A stretch of DNA of 60,500 nt from Microgenomates group bacterium (GTDB taxonomy: Bacteria > Patescibacteriota > Microgenomatia > UBA8517). Of the stretch, positions 1 to 8,732 are shown piece after piece. Numbering within the stretch: the first letter of the stretch is position 1; each line of letters begins with the position of its first letter. The stretch covers positions 1-60,500 of the forward strand of contig JBAQKY010000025.1 in assembly GCA_049301455.1 (NCBI GenBank). The letters run 5' to 3'. A program made the translations under genes and the position numbers. A model generated the notes under the pieces. It saw only the letters and a list, made by a program, of their open reading frames with translations, made no database searches and was not told the origin of the DNA.

Positions 1-333
1 GTCTTTATATCATCAGGTTTGGTCTTTTTGTCTTCGTTTCTTTTGTTTTTACAAGGCCTTTGGTCAATTGAACTTGAGAAGGAATTTGATAAAGGTATAT
101 TTGTTATGTCGCTAGTATCAAGTTTGATCCTAACAGAGCTTGCAATCTTAATATTCTTTTGGCCTGTTACTGTGGTCGTAGGCTCACTTTTTCTAACCAG
201 TGGGGTATACTTACTTTTAGGTTTGGGACAGGCTAAACTTGAAGATAGATTGTTTCCAGGCGTGGTTCGTGAGTATTTAACTGTTGGATTAATTGTTTTA
301 ATTGGAATGTTTTTTGCTACACGTTGGGGATAA
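1..333 (+). CDS. Integral membrane protein, C-terminal part. The frame is open to the window edge; track ORF 19..333 starts at an internal TTG.
   Basis: Frame 1 has no stop from nt 1. The product is a series of hydrophobic helices (FLLFLQGLW..., LILTELAILIFFWPVTVVVGSLFLTSGVYLLLGLG). TAA stop at 331-333. Confidence 0.5.
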   Translation, partial: VFISSGLVFLSSFLLFLQGLWSIELEKEFDKGIFVMSLVSSLILTELAILIFFWPVTVVVGSLFLTSGVYLLLGLGQAKLEDRLFPGVVREYLTVGLIVLIGMFFATRWG

Positions 334-435
334 GGGGAGAGAGGGTAGTATCCCATAATATATCCTATAATTATTACTTCACTTTTCACGACGTCCTATA
401 AGTTTTCACGAAATGATACAGTTTGTACTAGTTGT

Positions 436-444
436 TGTGGATAA
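436..444 (-). promoter_or_regulatory. Perfect DnaA-box consensus (TTATCCACA, read on the minus strand)
   Basis: The plus strand reads tgtggataa at 436-444. It is the only perfect copy I found in the 334-1196 ORF-free region. Function is unproven. Confidence 0.3.
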
Positions 445-577
445 CTTAATTTGTGATTAGAGAGAAGTGATGTGTATGTACGACAGTCAGATGAAAGTAA
501 TATCCATAGTGTTCTTCTATTGGATATGTTAATGGTAATTGATATGTATTCTTCGGTTTAGCTGTCTATAAATTGTA

Positions 578-589
578 TGTCGTACAATA
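578..589 (+). repeat. 12-nt motif TGTCGTACAATA, copy 1
   Basis: Identical 12-mer recurs at 1427-1438. The core TGTCGTACA also occurs inverted at 477-485. Here it lies inside the palindrome ATTGTA-tgtcg-TACAAT. Confidence 0.6.
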
Positions 590-1121
590 ATACTTTTACG
601 ACGCATTATATATGGTTGAGAGTAGTGCAGTATTTTGTTAATTTCTTAAAACTTCTTTGTATATGTTGATTATTTTCTCCTATATGCATGATATTTTTGT
701 TACTTTTCCCTCTAATTTATCTTTCTATAGGGATTTGTCTGTTTGAGCCTAAAATCTTTCTATAAGTCCCCTAAATTTTAAAAATTGGAGGAGTCCTGTA
801 TTGGGCCGAAAATACGGGAATATATTTGGATGATGTACTAGTCGGCTTTTGATTTAGACAGGCCTTAAAATCGATCACAGAAGGTCATATTAAGCTCATA
901 TTTTAGCGACCTTTATTGTATGTTTAATAGGCATTAGTTGCTTTAACAAATTAGTTTTTTAATGGATAAACAATGTAGTTAAAAAGTTTTACTTATATAG
1001 ATAAATAATTTATTAAAATTTAAAAAATATTATTTCATATTATTTAAGTAAATTATTAATTTAAACTTTTTATATGTAGTAAGTTGGTAAAATGGCTGTT
1101 ATTAAATTTTGTCTTAAAAAT

Positions 1122-1147
1122 AGGGGACTTCTCCCCTCTTTTGTTTT
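1122..1147 (+). terminator. Rho-independent terminator-like hairpin, usable in both directions
   Basis: AGGGGA-cttc-TCCCCT is followed by cttttgtttt on the plus strand. On the minus strand the same stem is followed by atttttaag. Confidence 0.5.
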
Positions 1148-1162
1148 CATCCGTGAAAACTT

Positions 1163-1190
1163 TTGACAAATTATATTTTTAGTATATTAT
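1163..1190 (+). promoter_or_regulatory. Sigma70-type promoter: TTGACA, 16-nt spacer, TATTAT
   Basis: TTGACA at 1163-1168 and TATTAT at 1185-1190. An ATG sits exactly 6 nt downstream at 1197, which is leaderless geometry. Confidence 0.5.
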
Positions 1191-1196
1191 TCGACC

Positions 1197-1418
1197 ATGG
1201 TTGAGAAGATACATATTACGACCGGTAAGGTTGATGGTAGTACCTATATATTATTCACAAACGATACACCTCCTCCAGTCACTTGTTTTAGGTATTGTCA
1301 CTCTGACAAGTTTGTTTTAAAAATGCATAACCGGAGACAAAGCTGCGAGGTCCCTGTGCAAGTTGTTGTTCCAAGTCCTTGGACCCGTTGGTTAAAAGAA
1401 AAAGAGAAAAACAAGTAG
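1197..1418 (+). CDS. Hypothetical 73-aa protein, possibly translated from a leaderless mRNA; could instead be a structured 5' leader of xerC
   Basis: The ATG coincides with the predicted TSS of the 1163-1190 promoter. No family recognised. Codon usage looks less AT-biased than neighbouring genes, so coding status is uncertain. Confidence 0.3.
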   Translation: MVEKIHITTGKVDGSTYILFTNDTPPPVTCFRYCHSDKFVLKMHNRRQSCEVPVQVVVPSPWTRWLKEKEKNK

Positions 1419-1426
1419 GGTAACAG

Positions 1427-1438
1427 TGTCGTACAATA
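1427..1438 (+). repeat. 12-nt motif TGTCGTACAATA, copy 2, abutting the xerC -35 box
   Basis: Identical to 578-589. It ends 1 nt before TTGACA (1439-1444), which is an operator-like position. Confidence 0.6.
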
Positions 1439-1467
1439 TTGACAGACTTCCTCAAAAGATTTATAGT
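1439..1467 (+). promoter_or_regulatory. xerC promoter: TTGACA, 17-nt spacer, TATAGT
   Basis: TTGACA at 1439-1444 and TATAGT at 1462-1467. The ATG lies 9 nt downstream, giving a leader of about 2-3 nt. Confidence 0.55.
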
Positions 1468-1476
1468 AAATTATAG

Positions 1477-2409
1477 ATGGATTCTGCCACATCAAAAAAT
1501 TCTGAAATATCAAAAAAAATAGATGAATTCTTAGATTATTTATCTGTTGAAAAAGGATGCTCCCCTCTTACAATTAGAAACTACAGACACTACCTAACAA
1601 GACTTCTTGAGTGGTTAATTACAAACAAAAAACACACAGATATTAAATCTATTAACCAAGACATTATCCATGACTTTAGGGCATATCTAGCAAAAATTGG
1701 TTTAGGCAAGAAGACACAAGGGTACCATGCTATTGCGCTACGATCATTTTTAAAGTGGTTACTGCGTAATGATTATCAAGTAATGGCACCTGACAAGATT
1801 GAACTGCCTAAAATACCAGACAGACAAGTTAAGTTTTTAAGTGGTGAACAAGTTGACAGACTGTTAAATGCCCCTGTTATGAATGACATACAAGGCTATA
1901 GGGACAAAGCCATACTTGAAGTTTTGTTTTCTACAGGACTTCGTGTATCTGAACTAACGGGATTAAATATAGAAAAAATTGACTTTGAAAGACGTGAGTT
2001 TGGCATAACAGGAAAAGGAGGGAGAGCTAGGGTAGTTTTTCTTTCAGCTCGTGCAACTGAGTATTTAAAAAAATATTTGAATGAAAGAAAAGATCATTTT
2101 AAGCCATTGTTTATAAGACATAAAGGAAAATTGGACCCAATCACTCCAGATGAAAAAATGAGACTCACTCCCCGATCAGTTGAACGTTTGGTAAAAAAAT
2201 ATGTACATAAGATGAAACTTCCAGTTGAAGCTACTCCACATACAATGAGGCACAGTTACGCTACTGATTTATTGGTTGCAGGAGCTGATATTAGGTCAGT
2301 TCAGGAGATGCTGGGGCATAAAAATATATCAACAACACAGATTTATACTCATGTAACGAACAAGCAACTTCATGATATCCACGAAACCTTCCATGGGAGG
2401 GGGAAATAA
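1477..2409 (+). CDS. xerC: Tyrosine site-specific recombinase, XerC/XerD family
   Basis: N-terminal SAM-like domain (LDYLSVEKGCSPLTIRNYRHYL). Catalytic signatures are GLRVSEL, HTMRHSYATDLL and LGHKNISTTQIYTHV (R..HxxR..Y). Confidence 0.9.
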   Translation: MDSATSKNSEISKKIDEFLDYLSVEKGCSPLTIRNYRHYLTRLLEWLITNKKHTDIKSINQDIIHDFRAYLAKIGLGKKTQGYHAIALRSFLKWLLRNDYQVMAPDKIELPKIPDRQVKFLSGEQVDRLLNAPVMNDIQGYRDKAILEVLFSTGLRVSELTGLNIEKIDFERREFGITGKGGRARVVFLSARATEYLKKYLNERKDHFKPLFIRHKGKLDPITPDEKMRLTPRSVERLVKKYVHKMKLPVEATPHTMRHSYATDLLVAGADIRSVQEMLGHKNISTTQIYTHVTNKQLHDIHETFHGRGK

Positions 2410-3415
2410 TTTTGTTATACTTAATTCTGTGAAAAATATACTTTCTTCTCCATACAAACTTTCTGCATTCATTGGAATAATTTTTGTAACAGGTATGGCT
2501 TTGGGTGCTGTTGGTTATACAAAATTTTTTAAGAAGTCAACACAATCAGCAACAAATAAAATTGTAACTAACTATCCCCTACCTCAAATAATTGAAGAAA
2601 AAAGAGAAACAAGCAAAGCGGCCAAAACTTTTAATATTCTTTTAACTGGTCATGGTGGTGCAGGACATTCAGGTGGAGGTTTGATGGATGCCATTTTGGT
2701 TGTAAACGTTAATTTAACAGATAAAAAGGCAAATTTGATATCTTTCCCCCGTGATTTTTGGTTCTCTGGTCACAAAATAAATGCTGATCCATCACTTAAA
2801 GATGCCTTAACTGGTGTAACAGGTTTACCAATTTCAAATTCTATCGCAATTGATTTTAACTCCTTTGTAAAAATGGTTGATTCATTGGGAGGTGTAACAG
2901 TTGATGTAAAGAAGGCCTATACAGATAACTTCTACCCCGTCAGGGGCAAGGAAAATGAACTTTGTGGATTCTCAAATGAAAAAATTGAAGAAGTACACAA
3001 ACTATATACTGGCTTTGAACTGGAGAAACAATTTACTTGTAGATATGAAACTATTTCATATAACGTAGGATTACATGAGATGAATGGTGAAGAGGCTTTA
3101 AAATACGTTAGGAGTCGTCACGGAGGCAGTGATTTTGAAAGGTCACATCATCAATTTGAAGTATTAAAAGCCATACTTCAAAAGGCAAATATATCCTCTG
3201 TTGGTAATGCGCTAGGCTTTGTTAAAACAGACTTAACACTAGAGAAGATTGAAGAGATGTTGTCCGAAATTGGAAATCCACTTGAATACGCAGTTTCATT
3301 TATTAATCTATCAGACCAAAATGTTTTACAGAATAGTAAAAGTACTCAGGGAGCTTATATCTTAATTCCTAAAGACGGAGTAAATATAAAAGAATATATT
3401 AAAGATAATTTGTAA
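2372..3415 (+). CDS. LytR-CpsA-Psr (LCP) family cell-envelope phosphotransferase; start uncertain (ATG 2372 or 2393, or GTG 2429)
   Basis: N-terminal TM segment followed by LCP motifs: MDAILVVNVNLTDKKANLISFPRD and EEALKYVRSRHGGSDFERSHHQ. Confidence 0.85.
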   Translation: MISTKPSMGGGNNFVILNSVKNILSSPYKLSAFIGIIFVTGMALGAVGYTKFFKKSTQSATNKIVTNYPLPQIIEEKRETSKAAKTFNILLTGHGGAGHSGGGLMDAILVVNVNLTDKKANLISFPRDFWFSGHKINADPSLKDALTGVTGLPISNSIAIDFNSFVKMVDSLGGVTVDVKKAYTDNFYPVRGKENELCGFSNEKIEEVHKLYTGFELEKQFTCRYETISYNVGLHEMNGEEALKYVRSRHGGSDFERSHHQFEVLKAILQKANISSVGNALGFVKTDLTLEKIEEMLSEIGNPLEYAVSFINLSDQNVLQNSKSTQGAYILIPKDGVNIKEYIKDNL

Positions 3416-3435
3416 AGATTATCTAATGATGAAGA

Positions 3436-4185
3436 TTATCTGATTTCGTATGAAAGACTTACTGTAACTGATATTTCTGTCTCTCCTGGAGTTACATTTG
3501 CAATTTCTGCTTGATCAGCGGACCCACCAAATGGCATTTCCTTTGTATACGATATTGGCCTTGGATAGTCCATTCCAAATGATTCAGAAACATTGATTAC
3601 TTTACCTAGTGTAATACCTGAAGCTTTTGCTAATCCTTCTGCCTTATTTTTTGCTAGTTTTACTGCTTCTTCTCTGGCTTTTTGTGTATATTCATCTTTT
3701 GTCTTTTCATTTACTTCAAAACTTATATTACCGATTACATTAGCACCTGATTCTGTAGCTATAGTTAGTGCATCATTTACCAACTCAAAATTTGTTATTT
3801 TAACTTCGTAATTAGTTGAAACTCTATATCCATTTATTTTATATGGTGAATTAGAATAGTCATATTCTGGATTAACACTGTAATTTGTTGTTTTAATGTC
3901 TTTCTCGTCAATTCCCAATTTCTTTAATGCATCAGTCAATGTTTTTGACTTTTTGTTTACAGAGTCTTGAACTTGCTTTAAATTTTGTCCCTGACTGTCA
4001 ATGCCAAATGAAACCTTTGCGATGTCAGGAACAACTGCAACCTTTCCAGTTTCTGATACTACCATTGGTTCACCTTTGGTCTGAGTTAAAACAGAAATTG
4101 GAAGTGACGGTCCAAACTTTGAATATACAAAAAGAAGGATAAAGAAAATTATTATACTACCAATGAATTCTACTCTTTTCTCCAT
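3436..4185 (-). CDS. SIMPL / DUF541 family secreted protein (26-kDa periplasmic immunogenic protein-like)
   Basis: Signal anchor, then GYRVSTNYEVKI...ANVIGNISFEV...KAREEAVKLAKNKAEGLAKASGITLGKVINVSE. Start placed at Met13 of the track ORF because a -10 box lies 6 nt upstream of it. Confidence 0.8.
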   Translation of the reverse strand: MEKRVEFIGSIIIFFILLFVYSKFGPSLPISVLTQTKGEPMVVSETGKVAVVPDIAKVSFGIDSQGQNLKQVQDSVNKKSKTLTDALKKLGIDEKDIKTTNYSVNPEYDYSNSPYKINGYRVSTNYEVKITNFELVNDALTIATESGANVIGNISFEVNEKTKDEYTQKAREEAVKLAKNKAEGLAKASGITLGKVINVSESFGMDYPRPISYTKEMPFGGSADQAEIANVTPGETEISVTVSLSYEIR

Positions 4186-4191
4186 ACATTC

Positions 4192-4221
4192 AATATAGCA
4201 TGTAATGGACGAAAGTTTCAA
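4192..4221 (-). promoter_or_regulatory. Promoter: TTGAAA, 18-nt spacer, TATATT, with ATG 6 nt downstream (leaderless geometry)
   Basis: The reverse complement of 4216-4221 is TTGAAA and of 4192-4197 is TATATT. ATG at 4185-4183. Confidence 0.45.
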
Positions 4222-4364
4222 GAAGTTGTTTAAACTTCTTCTTCCTCATCCTCTGTTTTGATGACACATTGAACCCCCACCCCACCTTTGCGTAATTGTT
4301 TTATTATTGACATAAAGAAAAATCTTTGCCATTATGACTTTTATATATAAGCGATAAATTACCC

Positions 4365-5036
4365 TTGAGTGTTTTAGATGGTATAGAGACCAAACCATTA
4401 TCTAGCTTTGACGGATTAAAATCATCGAATATCAATAAGGTGCAAATTGAGGAGAGGCGCTCAGATGACAAAGTAATGTCGGTATTAAATCCAGAAATAA
4501 AAGTGGTTAAATCAGAATACTATGAGGAATCAGTTAACGAGCTCGTCAAGAATGTAGTTGTCCGTGCAAAAGTTGAAGCAGGAAGAAGCAAGAATGACGA
4601 AAACATTGCAAAATACCAAGAGATTGAAAAATATGCAGTCAATAACCATATAATAAGTCAAGACGAATTAAACGTAAGATTTGAAGCAGTTGTAAAAGAG
4701 GATGTGCAAGCGGCAGAGACTGTTTTGAAAGAAGTAGATAGTGCAATTGAGATGGCAGTGGCTGCTTTAAAAAATATTGAAAATTTTGACCCAGCTAATT
4801 TAACAGAAATATATTTTGTGGCGATGAAACTAGACTCAATACTAGATTTAAAATTAGACTCATCAACTAGACATGACGTCGAAAATGCAATAAAGAGAAT
4901 TCACAACGTAATGGAACTAATAGAAAAGAATGTTGAGTATAATAAGTCTACATTGGAAGAACATACTAATATTGAAAATCCATTCAGCTTCTTGACACAG
5001 TTATTTTCTCCAAAATTAAGTATTTCAACCGTTTAA
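4365..5036 (+). CDS. Hypothetical acidic, mostly helical protein; start uncertain (TTG 4365 or ATG 4476)
   Basis: Long ORF with no recognised motif. A TTGACA (4307-4312) / CATTAT (4330-4335) promoter-like pair lies upstream. Confidence 0.5.
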   Translation: MSVLDGIETKPLSSFDGLKSSNINKVQIEERRSDDKVMSVLNPEIKVVKSEYYEESVNELVKNVVVRAKVEAGRSKNDENIAKYQEIEKYAVNNHIISQDELNVRFEAVVKEDVQAAETVLKEVDSAIEMAVAALKNIENFDPANLTEIYFVAMKLDSILDLKLDSSTRHDVENAIKRIHNVMELIEKNVEYNKSTLEEHTNIENPFSFLTQLFSPKLSISTV

Positions 5037-5072
5037 TTTATTTATAAATAAAATATTTTTTTAAATGAGAAA

Positions 5073-5663
5073 TTATTCATCTGAAGGTAGATCGAGGGGG
5101 TTATACTGATAGCTGATTTCATTATTTTCAACTTTAATACCAGAATTTAGGGCTTTTGCTCGCATCAAAACCGTACCTGCATCTTCACCTGCTGTATAAA
5201 TAATTCTTGCGTTGTAATCCCCATCGTTTTGTGCTCCATCTCTGCTAAGCTGTAGCCATATATTTCTTCCTATACCTGGTGGTGTCGCAACAACACGTGC
5301 CTCATTTGGGTGAGCAATGGGGTCTACTGCGTCTGCCAAACAGACTGTAAATTCGGTTATGTTGGGTATATTTATATTCCTTCCTAAATTAAAGTCACTC
5401 GAATACCTTGAATGCTCATCGGGAATATCATCGTGTCGAGCTTGTTGTCCACTTACATCATGAAACCTCGAATTTTCTAACCCTCCAGATATAAATATTT
5501 CAGCCTTTGGTGACTCGTTCTCAGGAGTAAAGATTTTACGGATTTCCTCTTCCCATTGATGTTTTTTACCCTCCCAAAAGGTCTGCAACTCAACTCGTCG
5601 TTCCTCATCAGTTACGCCGAAAGTTATTGCGTGTCCTTCATTTGTGGTTTGGTTATCGAACAT
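5073..5663 (-). CDS. Hypothetical protein, 196 aa, no signal peptide
   Basis: Intact ORF ending 12 nt downstream of gyrA. G+C is visibly higher than in neighbouring genes. No family recognised. Confidence 0.55.
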   Translation of the reverse strand: MFDNQTTNEGHAITFGVTDEERRVELQTFWEGKKHQWEEEIRKIFTPENESPKAEIFISGGLENSRFHDVSGQQARHDDIPDEHSRYSSDFNLGRNINIPNITEFTVCLADAVDPIAHPNEARVVATPPGIGRNIWLQLSRDGAQNDGDYNARIIYTAGEDAGTVLMRAKALNSGIKVENNEISYQYNPLDLPSDE

Positions 5664-5675
5664 GTTTAAATTATA

Positions 5676-8294
5676 CTATATTACTTCTTCCTCATCTCCA
5701 GTTTTATCAATTACAGTTGCAGCTGCAATAACATCACCTTTGTTTGCAAACCTCATGATAATAACTCCTTGTGTTGCTCTTCCTAATTGAGGAATGTTTT
5801 TAACAGGAAGCTTGATTACTTGTCCCTTTTTGGATGTTATAACAAGTTGATCAGAGTTTTCAGTAACTAGTGATGCACAGGCTAAGTCCCCTGTTTTGTC
5901 AGAAACTATACAGGCCTTAACTCCTTTTCCAGATCTCTTTTGAATTGGGAATGCATCAAATTTTGTTCTTTTTCCAATTCCATGGATTGAAAGAGTTAAG
6001 ATATCTCTAAAGACTTTCTTTCTTTTGTCTTCTGGAACCTCTAGTTTATCTGGAAATACTTCCATTCCGATTAAACTGTCATCTTTGTCAAATTTCATGC
6101 CTGTTACTCCAGTTGTAGCTCTACCCATAGGTCTAACGTTTGCTTCTGGGAATCTAATTGACATACCTTTTTTGGTTAAAAGCATGACATTGTCTGTACC
6201 AAATGATAGATGAGCTGATATTAAACTATCCGTACCTTGTAATTTTATAGCAATTAGTCCAGATGATCTTAGGTTTTCAAATTGTTTTAATTCTGTCTTC
6301 TTTATTACACCAGAAGCAGTTGCCAAAATAAGGTGCTTTGCTTTCAAGTCTTTGTTAACAGGAAGAATTGATTTAATTACTTCTCCACCTTCAAGGTTTA
6401 AGAAATTAACAAGTGCTTGTCCTTTTGCTTGCCTTGATGATTCTGGTATTTCAAATGCTTTTGCACCAAAGACACGGCCTTTATTAGTAAAGAATAATAT
6501 TTGATCATGCGTACTTGCCGTAACTAAATGATCAATCTCATCTTCTTCTTTTGTTGTCATCCCAATTACTCCTTTTCCACCCCTTCTTTGTGCTTTATAT
6601 GTATTCTTTGAAACTCTTTTGATGTAGCCAGTTTTGGTAACTGTTACTAAAACATCTTCTTTGGCTACTAAATCTTCTTCTGAGAATTCTCCAATTTTAC
6701 TTTTGTAAATTTTTGTTTTTCTTGAATCTCCAAACTTTGTCTTTAGTTCTGTTAATTCTGTATCAATTATTCCCAAAATTCTTTGTGGATCTTTTAAGAT
6801 TGCGATTAGTTCATCGATTAATTTCTTTAATTCTTGGTATTCTTTTTCAATTTTTTCTCTTTCAAGTGCAGCAAGTCTTCTAAGTTGCATATCAAGAATA
6901 GCAATTGATTGGATCTCTGATAATTTAAATCTTTCAATAAGATTATTCTTTGCTTCTTCTTGGGTTTTTGACTCTCTAATTGTTTTAATTACAGCATCTA
7001 GGTTGTCGAGTGCAATTTTAAGACCTTCTAAAATATGTGATCTTCTTTTTGCTTCTGTAAGTTCAAAAATTGTTCTTCTGACAACTACTTTTTGTCTGTG
7101 TTTAATATATTCAACTAAAATTTGTCTTAAGTTTAAGGTGTGAGGAGTTCCATCAACTAATGCAACAAAGTTTGCAGGGAATGAAGTTTGAAGTCTTGTG
7201 TGTTTGTACAGGTTGTTAAGTACAGACTTTGGTTTTGCATCTTTTTTAAGATCAATTGCAACACGAAGTCCATCTTTGTCTGATTCGTCCCTAAGGTCTG
7301 CAATTCCAACAAGTTTTTTATCTTTAACAAGTTCTGCAATCTTTGCAACCATTTCTGCCTTGTTGACTTGGTATGGAATTTCAGAAATAATAATTTGAGG
7401 CCTTTTGCCACTGTCTACAATTTCTGCAATACCACGAACGACAATCTTTCCTCGTCCTGTTGCATAGACTTCTTTCAATGAATTTGCATCGTAAATAGCT
7501 CCACCTGTTGGAAAATCAGGTCCCGGTAAAATGTTTGTGATTTCGTCAATTGTTGATTCTGTTTCAAATGAAATACTTTTTGGATCTACTTCTTCTTGGG
7601 TAAATGATTTTTCTTGTCCTGCTGCAATTAAATTAATCTTTTTGATGACAAATTCGTTTTCTGATTCATGTACTTTTTCATCTTCAATAACTACTCTACC
7701 CTTCTTTAACATTTCACGAATTGCATCAATAACCTCACTTAAGTTGTGTGGTGGAATTTTAGTTGCCATACCAACAGCAATACCTTCAGATCCCATGAGT
7801 AACAAATTAGGAAGTAGAGCTGGTAAAAAGACTGGTTCCTTTAATGTAGCGTCAAAATTGTCTACATAATCAACAGTATCTTTTTCCATGTCTGCAAGTA
7901 AATATTCTGAAATTGCAGACAGTTTCATTTCAGAGTAACGCATAGCAGCAGCTGAATCACCATCAACTGATCCAAAGTTACCTTGACCTTTAAGAAGTGG
8001 GTATCGAAGTGAAAAGTCTTGTACCATACGGACCGCAGTATCATAGACAGCACTGTCTCCATGTGGATGATATTTACCTAAAACTTCTCCAACAACTTTT
8101 GCAGATTTTGTAAAACTTCCTGTGTGTTTTAATCCCATTTGAGCCATGGCATACAATATTCTTCTGTGTACTGGTTTTAGTCCATCACGAACGTCTGGTA
8201 GTGCACGAGCAACAATGACACTCATTGCATAGTCAACGTATGATTTTGATAATTCTGAAGTTATTTCTGAAATTTGTATTTTTCCAATTTCCAT
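5676..8294 (-). CDS. gyrA: DNA gyrase subunit A
   Basis: Motifs [22 protein letters not shown], active-site [16 protein letters not shown] and a C-terminal beta-pinwheel repeat region. Carries an insertion of about 46 aa before PGPDFPT. Confidence 0.97.
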   Translation of the reverse strand: MEIGKIQISEITSELSKSYVDYAMSVIVARALPDVRDGLKPVHRRILYAMAQMGLKHTGSFTKSAKVVGEVLGKYHPHGDSAVYDTAVRMVQDFSLRYPLLKGQGNFGSVDGDSAAAMRYSEMKLSAISEYLLADMEKDTVDYVDNFDATLKEPVFLPALLPNLLLMGSEGIAVGMATKIPPHNLSEVIDAIREMLKKGRVVIEDEKVHESENEFVIKKINLIAAGQEKSFTQEEVDPKSISFETESTIDEITNILPGPDFPTGGAIYDANSLKEVYATGRGKIVVRGIAEIVDSGKRPQIIISEIPYQVNKAEMVAKIAELVKDKKLVGIADLRDESDKDGLRVAIDLKKDAKPKSVLNNLYKHTRLQTSFPANFVALVDGTPHTLNLRQILVEYIKHRQKVVVRRTIFELTEAKRRSHILEGLKIALDNLDAVIKTIRESKTQEEAKNNLIERFKLSEIQSIAILDMQLRRLAALEREKIEKEYQELKKLIDELIAILKDPQRILGIIDTELTELKTKFGDSRKTKIYKSKIGEFSEEDLVAKEDVLVTVTKTGYIKRVSKNTYKAQRRGGKGVIGMTTKEEDEIDHLVTASTHDQILFFTNKGRVFGAKAFEIPESSRQAKGQALVNFLNLEGGEVIKSILPVNKDLKAKHLILATASGVIKKTELKQFENLRSSGLIAIKLQGTDSLISAHLSFGTDNVMLLTKKGMSIRFPEANVRPMGRATTGVTGMKFDKDDSLIGMEVFPDKLEVPEDKRKKVFRDILTLSIHGIGKRTKFDAFPIQKRSGKGVKACIVSDKTGDLACASLVTENSDQLVITSKKGQVIKLPVKNIPQLGRATQGVIIMRFANKGDVIAAATVIDKTGDEEEVI

Positions 8295-8337
8295 ATATTA
8301 ATGCGAATAAAAAAGCTCTCTATATTGAGCCTTGATC

Positions 8338-8366
8338 ATTCTAACCTGAAATATTTGACGAAGCAA
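8338..8366 (-). promoter_or_regulatory. gyrA promoter: TTGCTT, 17-nt spacer, TAGAAT
   Basis: The reverse complement of 8361-8366 is TTGCTT and of 8338-8343 is TAGAAT. Predicted 5' UTR is about 37 nt. Confidence 0.5.
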
Positions 8367-8386
8367 GAGGAAGTCACTCGAGAATG

Positions 8387-8620
8387 TCATTCGTCCTTGT
8401 GTGCATTTGGGAAAAGTTGATGAAGAACTTGTTCGGTGGCACTTTTCGGTACATATTTTACTTTTCCTGACCTCTTTTTAACTAATACTGGTTCTACCCC
8501 TCTTCCTTTTTCAGACATGGCTTCATGCCATGCCTCGAGAGTCATACCTGCGGCATCTGCATCTTTTAAATTTTGTTCATGAACCTGCCTCATTCTCAAG
8601 TCAACTCTGTCAAAATTCAT
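8387..8620 (-). CDS. Hypothetical small protein, 77 aa
   Basis: Intact ORF upstream of gyrA on the same strand. G+C is higher than the local average. No family recognised. Confidence 0.45.
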   Translation of the reverse strand: MNFDRVDLRMRQVHEQNLKDADAAGMTLEAWHEAMSEKGRGVEPVLVKKRSGKVKYVPKSATEQVLHQLFPNAHKDE

Positions 8621-8694
8621 TCTCCCAAAAGTACAAAATAAAATCTGGTATTCACAACCACTAAAAATTTGTTAAACTAATCTTACCCCAAAAA

Positions 8695-8723
8695 TTTACA
8701 TTCGCAGTATACTGTCCTATAAT
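8695..8723 (+). promoter_or_regulatory. Promoter: TTTACA, 17-nt spacer, TATAAT
   Basis: TTTACA at 8695-8700 and TATAAT at 8718-8723. The ATG lies 9 nt downstream at 8733. Confidence 0.55.
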
Positions 8724-8732
8724 TCCACAATT

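Noticed and set aside
334-1196. CRISPR array or tandem-repeat locus in the ORF-free region
   Set aside because: The repeats are only 9-12 nt, occur 2-3 times each, are in mixed orientation and are irregularly spaced (20, 35 and 849 bp). No unit of 24-40 nt with regular spacers exists, and no cas genes are nearby.
1298-1513. Minus-strand ORF of 71 aa overlapping the xerC start and promoter
   Set aside because: It overlaps the xerC promoter and start and is antisense to ORF1197. Its product is hydrophobic and low-complexity, with no promoter or start context.
1477-2409. The tyrosine recombinase as a marker of an integrated prophage or genomic island
   Set aside because: The sequence looks like a housekeeping XerC/D, with a SAM-like N-domain and canonical catalytic motifs. 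There are no phage or transposon genes alongside, no tRNA target and no long flanking direct repeats. The 12-nt repeats bracket only non-coding DNA.
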